A DNA stretch of 28,829 nucleotides. It comes from Tubiluchus corallicola (Eukaryota; Animalia; Priapulida). Under the pieces are notes generated by a model, which was given only the letters and a program-made list of their open reading frames with translations, was not told where the DNA came from and made no database searches. The stretch is from the NCBI GenBank assembly GCA_030141605.1, contig JAQGDQ010001028.1:1-28829 (forward strand). Reading direction: 5' to 3'. A program made the translations under genes and the position numbers. Numbering within the stretch: the stretch's first letter is position 1; each line of letters opens with the position of its first letter. Of this stretch, positions 1 to 11,773 are shown piece after piece.

Positions 1-72
1 CTGGGTCCGGATGATTTTCCCGACTGGGTCATTAATTCTGGAGACACGTGGATTATAGACTTTTTTACTCCT
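1..72 (+). CDS. DNAJC10: DNAJC10/ERdj5 coding exon (5'-partial), start of Trx2
   Basis: Frame 1 reads LGPDDFPDWVINSGDTWIIDFFTP, followed by a GTGAGT donor at 73. It resembles recalled human ERdj5 LGPQNFP...WLVDFFAP and joins in phase 0 to WCPPC in the next exon. Confidence 0.9.
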
Positions 73-490
73 GTGAGTGTACAGATGTTTTAAATTAGGT
101 TAATGTAACTTGTGTACCAGTAAAACTGATACACAAAGACAATATAAATACAATAAAAGAAAGACAAAGTGTACAATTAGTATTTACAATTAGACAAGTG
201 TATTAATTAATAAAAAAAAACATTTTGAATAAAGTGGAAGTTAAGTTATTGAATTTTATTTCAAATTGTCCTTGTATTGTCTGCATAATATCTTATAGAT
301 TGGTAAATAATGAACTTACAATAATAATAGTTTCGTTTAGTATGTAATCCTGGGATAATAATACCTTATGTAACTTAATACTTATTTCTAAGGTGGTTTC
401 CTAATTAACTGTTTTTATTTATTAATTAATTATTGTTTGATAAACCTGAGTGCTTGGTAAAAAAACAGCATTGCCATTGTCTTTGATATT

Positions 491-557
491 ACTCAGTCGC
501 GAGTTGAACCTGTGACCTTCCTGGTGGGAAGTGTGCATGCTATCATTGAGTTATACT
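491..557 (-). mobile_element. Degenerate tRNA-derived SINE head
   Basis: The minus strand has an A-box-like taactcaatgatag and a B-box-like ggttcaactc at tRNA-like spacing; no clean cloverleaf. Confidence 0.35.
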
Positions 558-861
558 CTCAGTCTAACTTCTTGGGTTTGTTTTTATGCAGTTTGTCACC
601 ACGCAAAGTGGTACTCCGCACCTAACCTGGTACCTTCCTAATACTGTTGACAGTATTGCAGAACCAAAATTTACAACAAGCTCTTGCGAACGTAAAGCAG
701 TTAGTGTCTGCTTGTAAGCAAAAAGTTCTTGGTTCGAATCCTGGATGATTCACAATTCTTGCCTTCCTCTTTCAGTTAAATAGCCATTATGTTAATTGTT
801 CATTTGATATAAACTGCTAGGTGTATTAATGGTGTCTTAAATGTCTGGTTTTTATCATTGA

Positions 862-865
862 GCTA

Positions 866-904
<39 letters not shown>

Positions 905-935
905 TGTGTGTGTGCTATGCTGATGTGTGTTGTGG

Positions 936-973
<38 letters not shown>

Positions 974-1112
974 AATGCTGTTGATGATAGCGCTAATGAT
1001 GACGATGATGGCGCTAATGATGATGGTGATGATGATGATGATGATGATGATGATACTGACGCTAATGCTGCTGCTGCTGCTGCTGATGATGATGATGACA
1101 ATGATGGCGCTA

Positions 1113-1151
<39 letters not shown>

Positions 1152-1206
1152 CTAATGCTGTTGATGATAGCGCTAATGATGACGATGATGGCGCTAATGA
1201 TGATGG

Positions 1207-1243
<37 letters not shown>

Positions 1244-1254
1244 ACTGACGCTAA

Positions 1255-1286
<32 letters not shown>

Positions 1287-1301
1287 ACAATGATGGCGCT
1301 A

Positions 1302-1375
<74 letters not shown>

Positions 1376-1678
1376 ACTGATGCTGCTGCTGCTGCTGATG
1401 ATGATGATGCTAATGCTGATCATGATACTGATGCTAATGCTGATGATGGTGATGATGATGATGATGCTAATGCTGATGATGATGGCGCTAATGATGATGA
1501 TGGTGATGATGATGATGCTAATGCTGATGATGATGATGGTGCTAATGATGATGATGATGATGATGATGCTAATGCTGATGATGATGATGCTAATGCTGAT
1601 GATGATGATGCTAATGCTGATGATGATGATGGCACTAATGATGATGATGATGATGATGATGATGATACTGATGCTAAT
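862..1678. repeat. Compound (GAT)n/(GT)n/(GCT)n microsatellite with higher-order duplication
   Basis: Direct reading; a ~180-bp block at 971-1150 repeats from 1151; GCTAAT interruptions recur throughout. Confidence 0.95.
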
Positions 1679-1806
1679 TTGGCTAAAGCGTTGAAGCTGT
1701 AATATTTGTGTTTAAAGTTTTGTTAAAAGGTGTTTTCTGAAAGCTTCATTAGCTTGAAATAAATGACCATGTTTCCCAGTTATAAATTTTATCCTCATTT
1801 TTTTAG

Positions 1807-2028
1807 TGGTGTCCTCCTTGCATGCGACTGCTGCCCGAATATCGTAAAGCTTCGGTTCTACTTGCCGGTGAGCTGATCAACTTTGGTACAGTCGACTGCA
1901 CGGTACACGATGATTTGTGCAGGACGTACAACATTAGAGCATATCCCACTACTGTGATGTATAACAAGACCATTCCGCACTCGATGAGCGGCGATCATAG
2001 CGCCCAGGAAATTGTGGATTTTGTACAG
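1807..2028 (+). CDS. DNAJC10: DNAJC10/ERdj5 exon, Trx2 with WCPPC
   Basis: Acceptor ttttttag at 1806 and donor CAG|GTACAA; 74 codons, WCPPCMRLLPEYRKAS...FGTVDCTVHDDLCRTYNIRAYPTT...HSAQEIVDFVQ. Close to human WCPPCRALLPELRRAS...DCTVHEGLCNMYNIQAYPTT. Confidence 0.95.
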
Positions 2029-2231
2029 GTACAATTGTTTCACCTGTGCAAAATAGTATTACTGTGCATTCAAGTAGTGAAAATTAGTATCTGTTAGAAA
2101 ACTTTGTAGAAAGAGATTACATGGCTATGTAAACTATTAAAAAAATCATATGTAAGATCAATTGTTTTAATGTAAGAGGTAGTAATCTTACAAATTTAGA
2201 ATCACGATCAACATTTGTCGTCTTTGTCGTC

Positions 2232-5200
2232 TGTAGTACTAATTGACAGGTATCATACATCACCTAGAGACACGCTTTGCTCGTAAAACCATTATGTAGT
2301 ACTAATTGACAGGTATCATACATCACCTAGAGACACGCTTTGCTCGTAAAACCATTATGTAGTACTAATTGACAGGTATCATGCATCACCTAGAGACACG
2401 CTTTGCTCGTAAAACCTTTATGTAGTACTAATTGACAGGTATCATGCATCACCTAGAGACACGCTTTGCTCGTAAAACCTTTATGTAGTACTAATTGACA
2501 GGTATCATGCATCACCTAGAGACACGCTTTGCTCGTAAAACCTTTATGTAGTACTAATTGACAGGTATCATGCATCACCTAGAGACACGCTTTGCTCGTA
2601 AAACCTTTATGTAGTACTAATTGACAGGTATCATTCATCACCTAGAGACACGCTTTGCTCGTAAAACCTTTATGTAGTACTAATTGACAGGTATCATGCA
2701 TCACCTAGAGACACGCTTGGCTCGTAAAACCCTTATGTAGTACTAATTGACAGGTATCATGCATCACCTAGAGACACGCTTTGCTCGTAAAACCATTATG
2801 TAGTACTAGTTGACAGGTATCATGCATCACCTAGAGACACGCTTTGCTCGTAAAACCTTTATGTAGTACTAATTGACAGGTATCATGCATCACCTAGAGA
2901 CACGCTTTGCTCGTAAAACCGTTATGTAGCACTAGTTGACAGGTATCATGCATCACCTAGAGACACGCTTTGCTTGTAAAACCTTTATGTAGTACTAATT
3001 GACAGGTATCATGCATCACCTAGAGACACGCTTTGCTCGTAAAACCATTATGTAGCACTAATTGACAGGTATCATGCATCACCTAGAGACACGCTTTGCT
3101 CGTAAAACCTTTATGTAGTACTAATTGACAGGTATCATGCATCACCTAGAGACACGCTTTGCTCGTAAAACCGTTATGTAGTACTAGTTGAAAGGTATCA
3201 TGCATCACCTAGAGACACGCTTTGCTCGTAAAACCTTTATGTAGTACTAATTGACAGGTATCATGCATCACCTAGAGACACGCTTTGCTCGTAAAACCTT
3301 TATGTAGTACTAATTGACAGGTATCATGCATCACCTAGAGACGCGCTTTGCTCGTAAAACCTTTATGTAGTACTAATTGACAGGTATCATGCATCACCTA
3401 GAGACGCGCTTTGCTCGTAAAACCTTTATGTAGTACTAATTGACAGGTATCATGCATCACCTAGAGACGCGCTTTGCTCGTAAAACCGTTATGTAGTACT
3501 AATTGACAGGTATCATGCATCACCAAGAGACACGCTTGGCTCGTAAAACCATTATGTAGTACTAATTGACAGGTATCATGCATCACCTAGAGACACGCTT
3601 TGCTCGTAAAACCATTAAGTAGTACTAGTTGACAGGTATCATGCATCACCTAGAGACGCGCTTTACTTGTAAAACCATTATGTAGTACTAATTGACAGGT
3701 ATCATGCATCACCTAGAGACACGCTTTGCTCGTAAAACCTTTATGTAGCACTAATTGACAGGTATCATGCATCACCTAGAGACACGCTTTGCTCGTAAAA
3801 CCTTTATGTAGTACTAATTGACAGGTATCATGCATCACCTAGAGACACGCTTTGCTCGTAAAACCATTATGTAGTACTAATTGACAGGTATCATGCATCA
3901 CCTAGAGATGCGCTTTACTTGTAAAACCATTATGTAGTACTAGTTGACAGGTATCATGCATCACCTAGAGACACGCTTTGCTCGTAAAACCATTATGTAG
4001 TACTAATTGACGGTATCATGCATCACCTAGAGACACGCTTTGCTCGTAAAACCGTTATGTAGTACTAGTTGACAGGTATCATGCATCACCTAGAGACGCG
4101 CTTTACTTGTAAAACCATTATGTAGTACTAGTTGACAGGTATCATGCATCACCTAGAGACACGCTTTGCTCGTAAAACCATTATGTAGTACTAATTGACG
4201 GTATCATGCATCACCTAGAGACACGCTTTGCTCGTAAAACCGTTATGTAGTACTAGTTGAAAGGTATCATGCATCACCTAGAGACAGGCTTGCTTGTAAA
4301 ACCATTATGTAGTACTAATTGACAGGTATCATGCATTACCTAGAGACATGCTTTGCTCGTAAAACCTTTATGTAGTACTAATTGACAGGTATCATGCATC
4401 ACCTAGAGACGCGCTTTGCTCGTAAAACCTTTATGTAGTACTAATTGACAGGTATCATGCATCACCTAGAGACGCGCTTTGCTCGTAAAACCTTTATGTA
4501 GTACTAATTGACAGGTATCATGCATCACCTAGAGACGCGCTTTGCTCGTAAAACCGTTATGTAGTACTAATTGACAGGTATCATGCATCACCTAGAGACA
4601 CGCTTGGCTCGTAAAACCATTATGTAGTACTAATTGACAGGTATCATGCATCACCTAGAGACATGCTTTGCTCGTAAAACCTTTATGTAGTACTAATTGA
4701 CAGGTATCATGCATCACCTAGAGACGCGCTTTGCTCGTAAAACCTTTATGTAGTACTAATTGACAGGTATCATGCATCACCTAGAGACGCGCTTTGCTCG
4801 TAAAACCTTTATGTAGTACTAATTGACAGGTATCATGCATCACCTAGAGACGCGCTTTGCTCGTAAAACCGTTATGTAGTACTAATTGACAGGTATCATG
4901 CATCACCTAGAGACGCGCTTTGCTCGTAAAACCTTTATGTAGTACTAATTGACAGGTATCATGCATCACCTAGAGACGCGCTTTGCTCGTAAAACCTTTA
5001 TGTAGTACTAATTGACAGGTATCATGCATCACCTAGAGACGCGCTTTGCTCGTAAAACCGTTATGTAGTACTAATTGACAGGTATCATGCATCACCTAGA
5101 GACACGCTTTGCTTGTAAAACCGTTATGTAGTACTAGTTGAAAGGTATCATGCATCACCTAGAGACACGCTTTGCTCGTAAAACCTTTATGTAGTACTAA

Positions 5201-7654
5201 TTGACAGGTATCATGCATTACCTAGAGACATGCTTTGCTCGTAAAACCTTTATGTAGTACTAATTGACAGGTATCATGCATCACCTAGAGACACGCTTTG
5301 CTCGTAAAACCTTTATGTAGCACTAATTGACAGGTATCATGCATCACCTAGAGACACGCTTTGCTCGTAAAACCTTTATGTAGTACTAATTGACAGGTAT
5401 CATGCATCACCTAGAGACACGCTTTGCTCGTAAAACCATTATGTAGTACTAATTGACAGGTATCATGCATCACCTAGAGACGCGCTTTACTTGTAAAACC
5501 ATTATGTAGTACTAGTTGACAGGTATCATGCATCACCTAGAGACACGCTTTGCTCGTAAAACCATTATGTAGTACTAATTGACGGTATCATGCATCACCT
5601 AGAGACACGCTTTGCTCGTAAAACCGTTATGTAGTACTAATTGACAGGTATCATACATCACCTAGAGACACGCTTTGCTCGTAAAACCCTTATGTAGTAC
5701 TAATTGACAGGTATCATACATCACCTAGAGACACGCTTTGCTCGTAAAACCATTATGTAGTACTAATTGACGGTATCATGCATCACCTAGAGACACGCTT
5801 TGCTCGTAAAACCATTATGTAGTACTAATTGACAGGTATCATACATCACCTAGAGACACGCTTTGCTCGTAAAACCCTTATGTAGTACTAATTGACAGGT
5901 ATCATACATCACCTAGAGACACGCTTTGCTCGTAAAACCATTATGTAGTACTAATTGACAGGTATCATGCATCACATAGAGACACGCTTTGCTTGTAAAA
6001 CCGTTATGTAGTACTAATTGACAGGTATCATGCATCACCTAGAGACGCGCTTTGCTCGTAAAACCGTTATGTAGTACTAATTGACAGGTATCATGCATCA
6101 CCTAGAGACGCGCTTTGCTCGTAAAACCGTTATGTAGTACTAATTGACAGGTATCATGCATCACATAGAGACACGCTTTGCTCGTAAAACCATTATGTAG
6201 TACTAATTGACAGGTATCATGCATCACCTAGAGACACGCTTTGCTCGTAAAACCTTTATGTAGTACTAATTGACAGGTATCATGCATCACCTAGAGACAC
6301 GCTTTGCTCGTAAAACCTTTATGTAGTACTAATTGACAGGTATCATGCATCACCTAGAGACACGCTTTGCTCGTAAAACCGTTATGTAGTACTAGTTGAA
6401 AGGTATCATGCATCACCTAGAGACACGCTTTGCTCGTAAAACCTTTATGTAGTACTAATTGACAGGTATCATGCATCACCTAGAGACACGCTTTGCTCGT
6501 AAAACCTTTATGTAGTACTAATTGACAGGTATCATGCATCACCTAGAGACACGCTTGGCTCGTAAAACCCTTATGTAGTACTAATTGACAGGTATCATGC
6601 ATCACCTAGAGACACGCTTTGCTCGTAAAACCATTATGTAGTACTAGTTGACAGGTATCATGCATCACCTAGAGACACGCTTTGCTCGTAAAACCTTTAT
6701 GTAGTACTAATTGACAGGTATCATGCATCACCTAGAGACACGCTTTGCTCGTAAAACCGTTATGTAGCACTAGTTGACAGGTATCATGCATCACCTAGAG
6801 ACACGCTTTGCTTGTAAAACCTTTATGTAGTACTAATTGACAGGTATCATGCATCACCTAGAGACACGCTTTGCTCGTAAAACCATTATGTAGCACTAAT
6901 TGACAGGTATCATGCATCACCTAGAGACACGCTTTGCTCGTAAAACCTTTATGTAGTACTAATTGACAGGTATCATGCATCACCTAGAGACACGCTTTGC
7001 TTGTAAAACCGTTATGTAGTACTAGTTGAAAGGTATCATGCATCACCTAGAGACACGCTTTGCTCGTAAAACCTTTATGTAGTACTAATTGACAGGTATC
7101 ATGCATTACCTAGAGACGCGCTTTGCTCGTAAAACCTTTATGTAGTACTAATTGACAGGTATCATGCATCACCTAGAGACGCGCTTTGCTCGTAAAACCT
7201 TTATGTAGTACTAATTGACAGGTATCATGCATCACCTAGAGACGCGCTTTGCTCGTAAAACCTTTATGTAGTACTAATTGACAGGTATCATGCATCACCT
7301 AGAGACGCGCTTTGCTCGTAAAACCGTTATGTAGTACTAATTGACAGGTATCATGCATCACCTAGAGACACGCTTTGCTCGTAAAACCATTAAGTAGTAC
7401 TAGTTGACAGGTATCATGCATCACCTAGAGACGCGCTTTACTTGTAAAACCATTATGTAGTACTAATTGACAGGTATCATGCATCACCTAGAGACACGCT
7501 TTGCTCGTAAAACCTTTATGTAGCACTAATTGACAGGTATCATGCATCACCTAGAGACACGCTTTGCTTGTAAAACCTTTATGTAGTACTAATTGACAGG
7601 TATCATGCATCACCTAGAGACACGCTTTGCTCGTAAAACCATTATGTAGTACTA
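2232..7654. repeat. 63-bp minisatellite, ~86 copies, filling a DNAJC10 intron
   Basis: Unit tgtagtactaattgacaggtatcatgcatcacctagagacacgctttgctcgtaaaacc(t/a/g/c)tta; period 2232->2295; no unique spacers. Confidence 0.98.
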
Positions 7655-7723
7655 TTGTCTTGAATACTGGACTAACGTTCAATCTTAAATTTAATTCAAT
7701 GGTAAAGTGTTTGTACATTGTAG

Positions 7724-7879
7724 GATACTCTCAATCCGACTGTGATCTCATTAACTCCGCAAACGTTTGCTCAACGTGTAGGCCGAAAAGAGAAAGGAAC
7801 AGTTTGGTTGGTGGATTTTTTTGCACCATGGTGCGGTCATTGCGTGCGCCTTGCACCGGAGTGGCGAAAAGTAGCAAAG
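7724..7879 (+). CDS. DNAJC10: DNAJC10/ERdj5 exon, Trx3 with WCGHC
   Basis: Acceptor tag|GAT and donor AAG|GTATTT; 52 codons, DTLNPTVISLTPQTF...VWLVDFFAPWCGHCVRLAPEWRKVAK. Collinear with human DLMNPSVVSLTPTTF...WCHPCQVLMPEWKRMAR. Confidence 0.95.
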
Positions 7880-8423
7880 GTATTTTGCATTTACTTTTTT
7901 GGGAAATGGTATTTTAATGAATGTTCATCTTGACATTTACAAAACTATAATTGTTTTTTTTTACTATTTTATTAGTTATAGTTTATTTTGATTCTATTAT
8001 TATTTACTAATAACATGACCGGCTCTAGGTAGTTTGACGCTCTTGGCAAAAGTATTTCCAGCACCCCTTCCTCAATGGTCAATCCCTTCCCCACAGACTC
8101 CATGTATGCGCCAACAAAACTGAATTTTTGTTGCATGTGTAAAAGTTTAATGGTGTTTGTATTATAATGTACTAATTACCTGAAGTCATTTACCTGTTAA
8201 TTACCTGTTAATTACCTGTCAGCTGCGTGAGAAGCATTTCTACAATTTCTGCTGTACTGTGTTCATGTACAGATTTTAGATTAGATGGTTAGATTTTTTC
8301 TTAGCTTTTTCATCTCAAAATGTTTGAATTACTGACTGAATGTGATGCCTCTCTTTTTTAAATGCATCCATTTCGTTAGTATCATCATCTTTACAACTGT
8401 GCAGCTGTGATCTGCTTGCAAAT

Positions 8424-9013
8424 CTTTTTCTTCTTCTCAGCTTTTCCCTATTCGGGGTCGCCGTTGTGAATGAGTCTTCTCCATGCATTCCTGTTGTTGA
8501 CCATCTCTTCATTTATGTCTTCCCTTCCCACACCGATCTTCACCGACTCTTCTTTTCAGGTGTCCATACCATCGCAATCTTGCCTCTTGTATCTTTTTCG
8601 AGGCTTCCCTTACTTTCACTGTTCCTCTGATATTACTATTCCTGATTTTATCCCTTCTTGTTACTCCCACCATCCATCTCAACATCCTCATCTCCGCCAC
8701 ATCCATTTTCTTCTCTTTGGTCTTCTTTAGAGGTGCTGCTTCCAGCCCACAGATTAGGGCGGGTCTGACCACTGCTTCGTGAACTTTACCTTTAAGTCTC
8801 GCTGGAATCCTCTTATCGCATATCACACCTGAAACTTTTCGCCAGTTATTCCAACCACACTGAATCCTGAAATTCACCTCCTTTTCCATTCCTGCAGTCT
8901 CGTCTATCATTGAACCCAGATACTTAAAGGTCTTTACTCTTTTCAACTCTGCCCCATTCAATCTTATTGTTTTTCGTTGGTCCCCATTCATGTCTGTCGT
9001 AAGATATTCCGTC
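8424..9013 (-). mobile_element. 5'-truncated RTE-clade non-LTR retrotransposon fragment
   Basis: The ORF carries RTE post-RT motifs (FKYLGS, RIQCGWNNWRKVSGVICDKRIP..LKGKV...VVRPAL, EMRMLRWM.GVTRRDKIRN, RLRWYGH). GAA-rich 3' tail. Perfect 16-bp TSD tgatctgcttgcaaat at 8408-8423 and 9014-9029. Confidence 0.93.
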
Positions 9014-9209
9014 TGATCTGCTTGCAAATACTTCTTTTAAAATCTTGCTGCTGTTCAATGTCCGTCAGGTTTTTTTTACTTTTCGTTTCCTGTATTTCGC
9101 TCCCAAAGGCTCCGACAACGGAAGGAGTCAACTGCTGCGCTATGCATGCAATAAAAAACTGTGGATAAGAACTTGGTAACTCATCATGTTATTTCTTATG
9201 CTTAACTTC

Positions 9210-9519
9210 TTAATCAACTGCCTAATTTGCCTAGTGGTAGAGCCGACCCTGCTAATGTTTTATATAATATATGCGTCATATTTGTAAAGCAAAGCATCTG
9301 CTGCATCAGTTCAGTACCTTCAGTTGTTCTACATAGACTTTACTTCATTATACATTCGTCTGTGCGTAGAGTTAGATCTCACTTGGGAAGTAGAAAAAAT
9401 GAACTTGGTAAGGTTCTAGCTAGCTGTTAAAACTGTTACTATTACAATAGTTTAATGAACTGCCTAATTTGCCTAGTGGTAGAGCCGACCCTGCTAATGT
9501 TTTGTATAACATATGCGTC
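9210..9519. repeat. 68-bp direct repeats flanking a 173-bp MITE-internal fragment
   Basis: 9210-9277 and 9452-9519 match at 65/68 positions; the enclosed 9278-9450 is homologous to 19489-19664. Confidence 0.85.
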
Positions 9520-9602
9520 TCTTTGTTCTTTTTATAATTATTTTATTATCTAATACATCATTGAATACTATAAAAAATTACCAAGGTTATTTTTGCCAAC
9601 AG

Positions 9603-9736
9603 AAGCTAATAGGTGTTGTATCAGTTGCACAGCTAGACTGTCAGGAATTCAGATCTCTCTGTGAGGAGGAGCGAATTGATGGATATCCTACTATTAGACT
9701 GTACAAAGCAGAAAGTTTAAATTCTAACTCTTTCAC
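9603..9736 (+). CDS. DNAJC10: DNAJC10/ERdj5 exon, second half of Trx3
   Basis: Acceptor cag|AAG (a NAGNAG site) and donor AC|GTAAGT in phase 2; reads KLIGVVSVAQLDCQEFRSLCEEERIDGYPTIRLY, containing the thioredoxin DC...C...YPT signature. Confidence 0.92.
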
Positions 9737-10167
9737 GTAAGTTTGTTATTGTTGTTATTGTTTACCTAATGAAATCTGTATGAGAACTGAGATTAACTCT
9801 AAGTTTGATTTCGTGTGATCCGAGATTCTCTTCCCGAATTCTACGTACGTTGCGTACTAAAAAGTACAGTTGCCTCTTAACTGGTCTATATCATGAGATA
9901 AATATAAGACAGCTATATATTAGTACAAAATTGCTACAGACTTAGAATAATTAATAGATACTTTGTTTGTTTGTGCAACAGTTTCGGTAAAAGTCAAATG
10001 TTTTTGTAAGTTTAATTAACATGTTTGTGTTGGAGTTTATAAACTGACCAAAATGGCAATATCATAACAAAGTTACGTGTGTTGCTTGTTTATTGTTCAT
10101 GGGGAATGTACAATCAGTGCTATCTCAATTCATTGCTCACAGCTTGACATTGTGGTAAAGCCTGCAT

Positions 10168-10649
<482 letters not shown>

Positions 10650-10683
10650 CCTGCATTAACAGTGTTTGATTTTCTCTGTTGAT

Positions 10684-11066
10684 TAAAGATGGAAATTCTT
10701 TTTCAGAAAGCAAATTCGAATCGAATCGAATTTGTGACTTTCGAGCTCGAATCAAACCGAATTTCATAACTTCAAATCCAAATCGAGTTCAGTTTTAAAG
10801 ATTTTCGAATAATTTTGAATCTCTATTAAAAAGCCATCTGGAAAGATCGTGCATATTGCTTGATTTTGTTCTGCAGTAAAAACGCTAATAATTTGTTTAA
10901 AATTTTGCACAGAAATCACAGCTAAGTTATGCTAGTTTTGCATGATGTTTCAAACGTTTTGTGATAAAGAACGTATGTAGTTGAAGTGCTGAATTATTCA
11001 AATTTGTAATTTAAAAGCTAAAAAAACTTGTTTGAATTGAATTCGAACATTCCATACTCACCTCTA
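10684..11066. mobile_element. Degenerate hAT-like MITE
   Basis: Ends taaagatg / cacctcta (TAGAG.TG-type) with clustered TTCGAA/ATCGAA subterminal motifs; no TSD recognisable. Confidence 0.4.
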
Positions 11067-11085
11067 GCATTGTCGTGTTTTTTAG

Positions 11086-11284
11086 GCCATATTCTGGACA
11101 GATGGATTCAGTGAATATTTTGAACTGGATTTTCAACATCATTGAAACAGGTGTAGTCAACTTAGATGCATCAAATTTCAACAGCAAAGTTATTAAAGCT
11201 TCTGATGCTTGGCTTATTGACTTCTATTCACCAAGATGCTGGCATTGTATTGTATTTGGACCAGACTTTCATTTACTGTCATTA
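11086..11284 (+). CDS. DNAJC10: DNAJC10/ERdj5 exon, Trx4 with RCWHC
   Basis: Acceptor tttttag|G completes the phase-2 codon ACG; reads PYSGQMDSVNILNWI...AWLIDFYSPRCWHCIVFGPDFHLLSL; donor TTA|GTAAGT at 11285. Confidence 0.92.
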
Positions 11285-11773
11285 GTAAGTAAACACACTA
11301 CTTTAGATAATAATAAAAATGATCTCATGTGAATGTGTTGTGACCTTGACCCTTGACATTTAACCAGAGAGCCAGAGCATTGTATTGTATTTGGACCAGA
11401 CTTTCATTTACTGTCATTAGTAAGTAAACACACTACTTTAAATAATAATAAAAATGATCTCATGTGAATGTGTTGTGACCTTGACCCTGGACATTTGACC
11501 AGAGAGCCAGAGCATTGTATTGTATTTGGACCAGACTTTCATTTACTCTCATTAGTAAGTAAAAGCACTACTTTAAATCATAATAAAAGTGATCTTATGT
11601 AAATGTGTTGTGACCTTGACCCTTGACATTTGACCAGAGAGCCAGAGCATTGTATTGTATTTGGACCAGACTTTCATTTACTCTCATTAGTAAGTAAACA
11701 CACTACTTTAAATCATAATAAAAATGATCTTATGGGAATGTGTTGTGACCTTGACCCTTGACATTTAACCAGA
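11242..11773 (+). repeat. 135-bp tandem repeat x4 spanning an exon end and its 5' splice site
   Basis: Copies start at 11242, 11377, 11512 and 11647; each has 43 nt of exon sequence followed by GTAAGT. Confidence 0.95.

Noticed and set aside
690-745. tRNA gene (perfect B box GGTTCGAATCC at 731-741)
   Set aside because: No acceptor stem or clean cloverleaf could be formed; at best a decayed SINE head.
826-1694. Poly-Ser, poly-Ile and poly-Met ORFs
   Set aside because: They are alternative frames of the (GAT)n microsatellite.
2232-7654. CRISPR-like array (also considered for 14621-17746)
   Set aside because: Units are head-to-tail with no unique spacers, there are no cas genes, and the context is a eukaryotic intron.
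7627-7917. 96-aa ORF overlapping the Trx3 exon
   Set aside because: It is an out-of-frame shadow of the true exon and starts within the satellite.
11242-11773. Hammerhead-bearing retrozyme tandem repeat
   Set aside because: No CUGANGA/GAAA core with flanking stems was seen on either strand, and the unit is explained by local exon/intron sequence.
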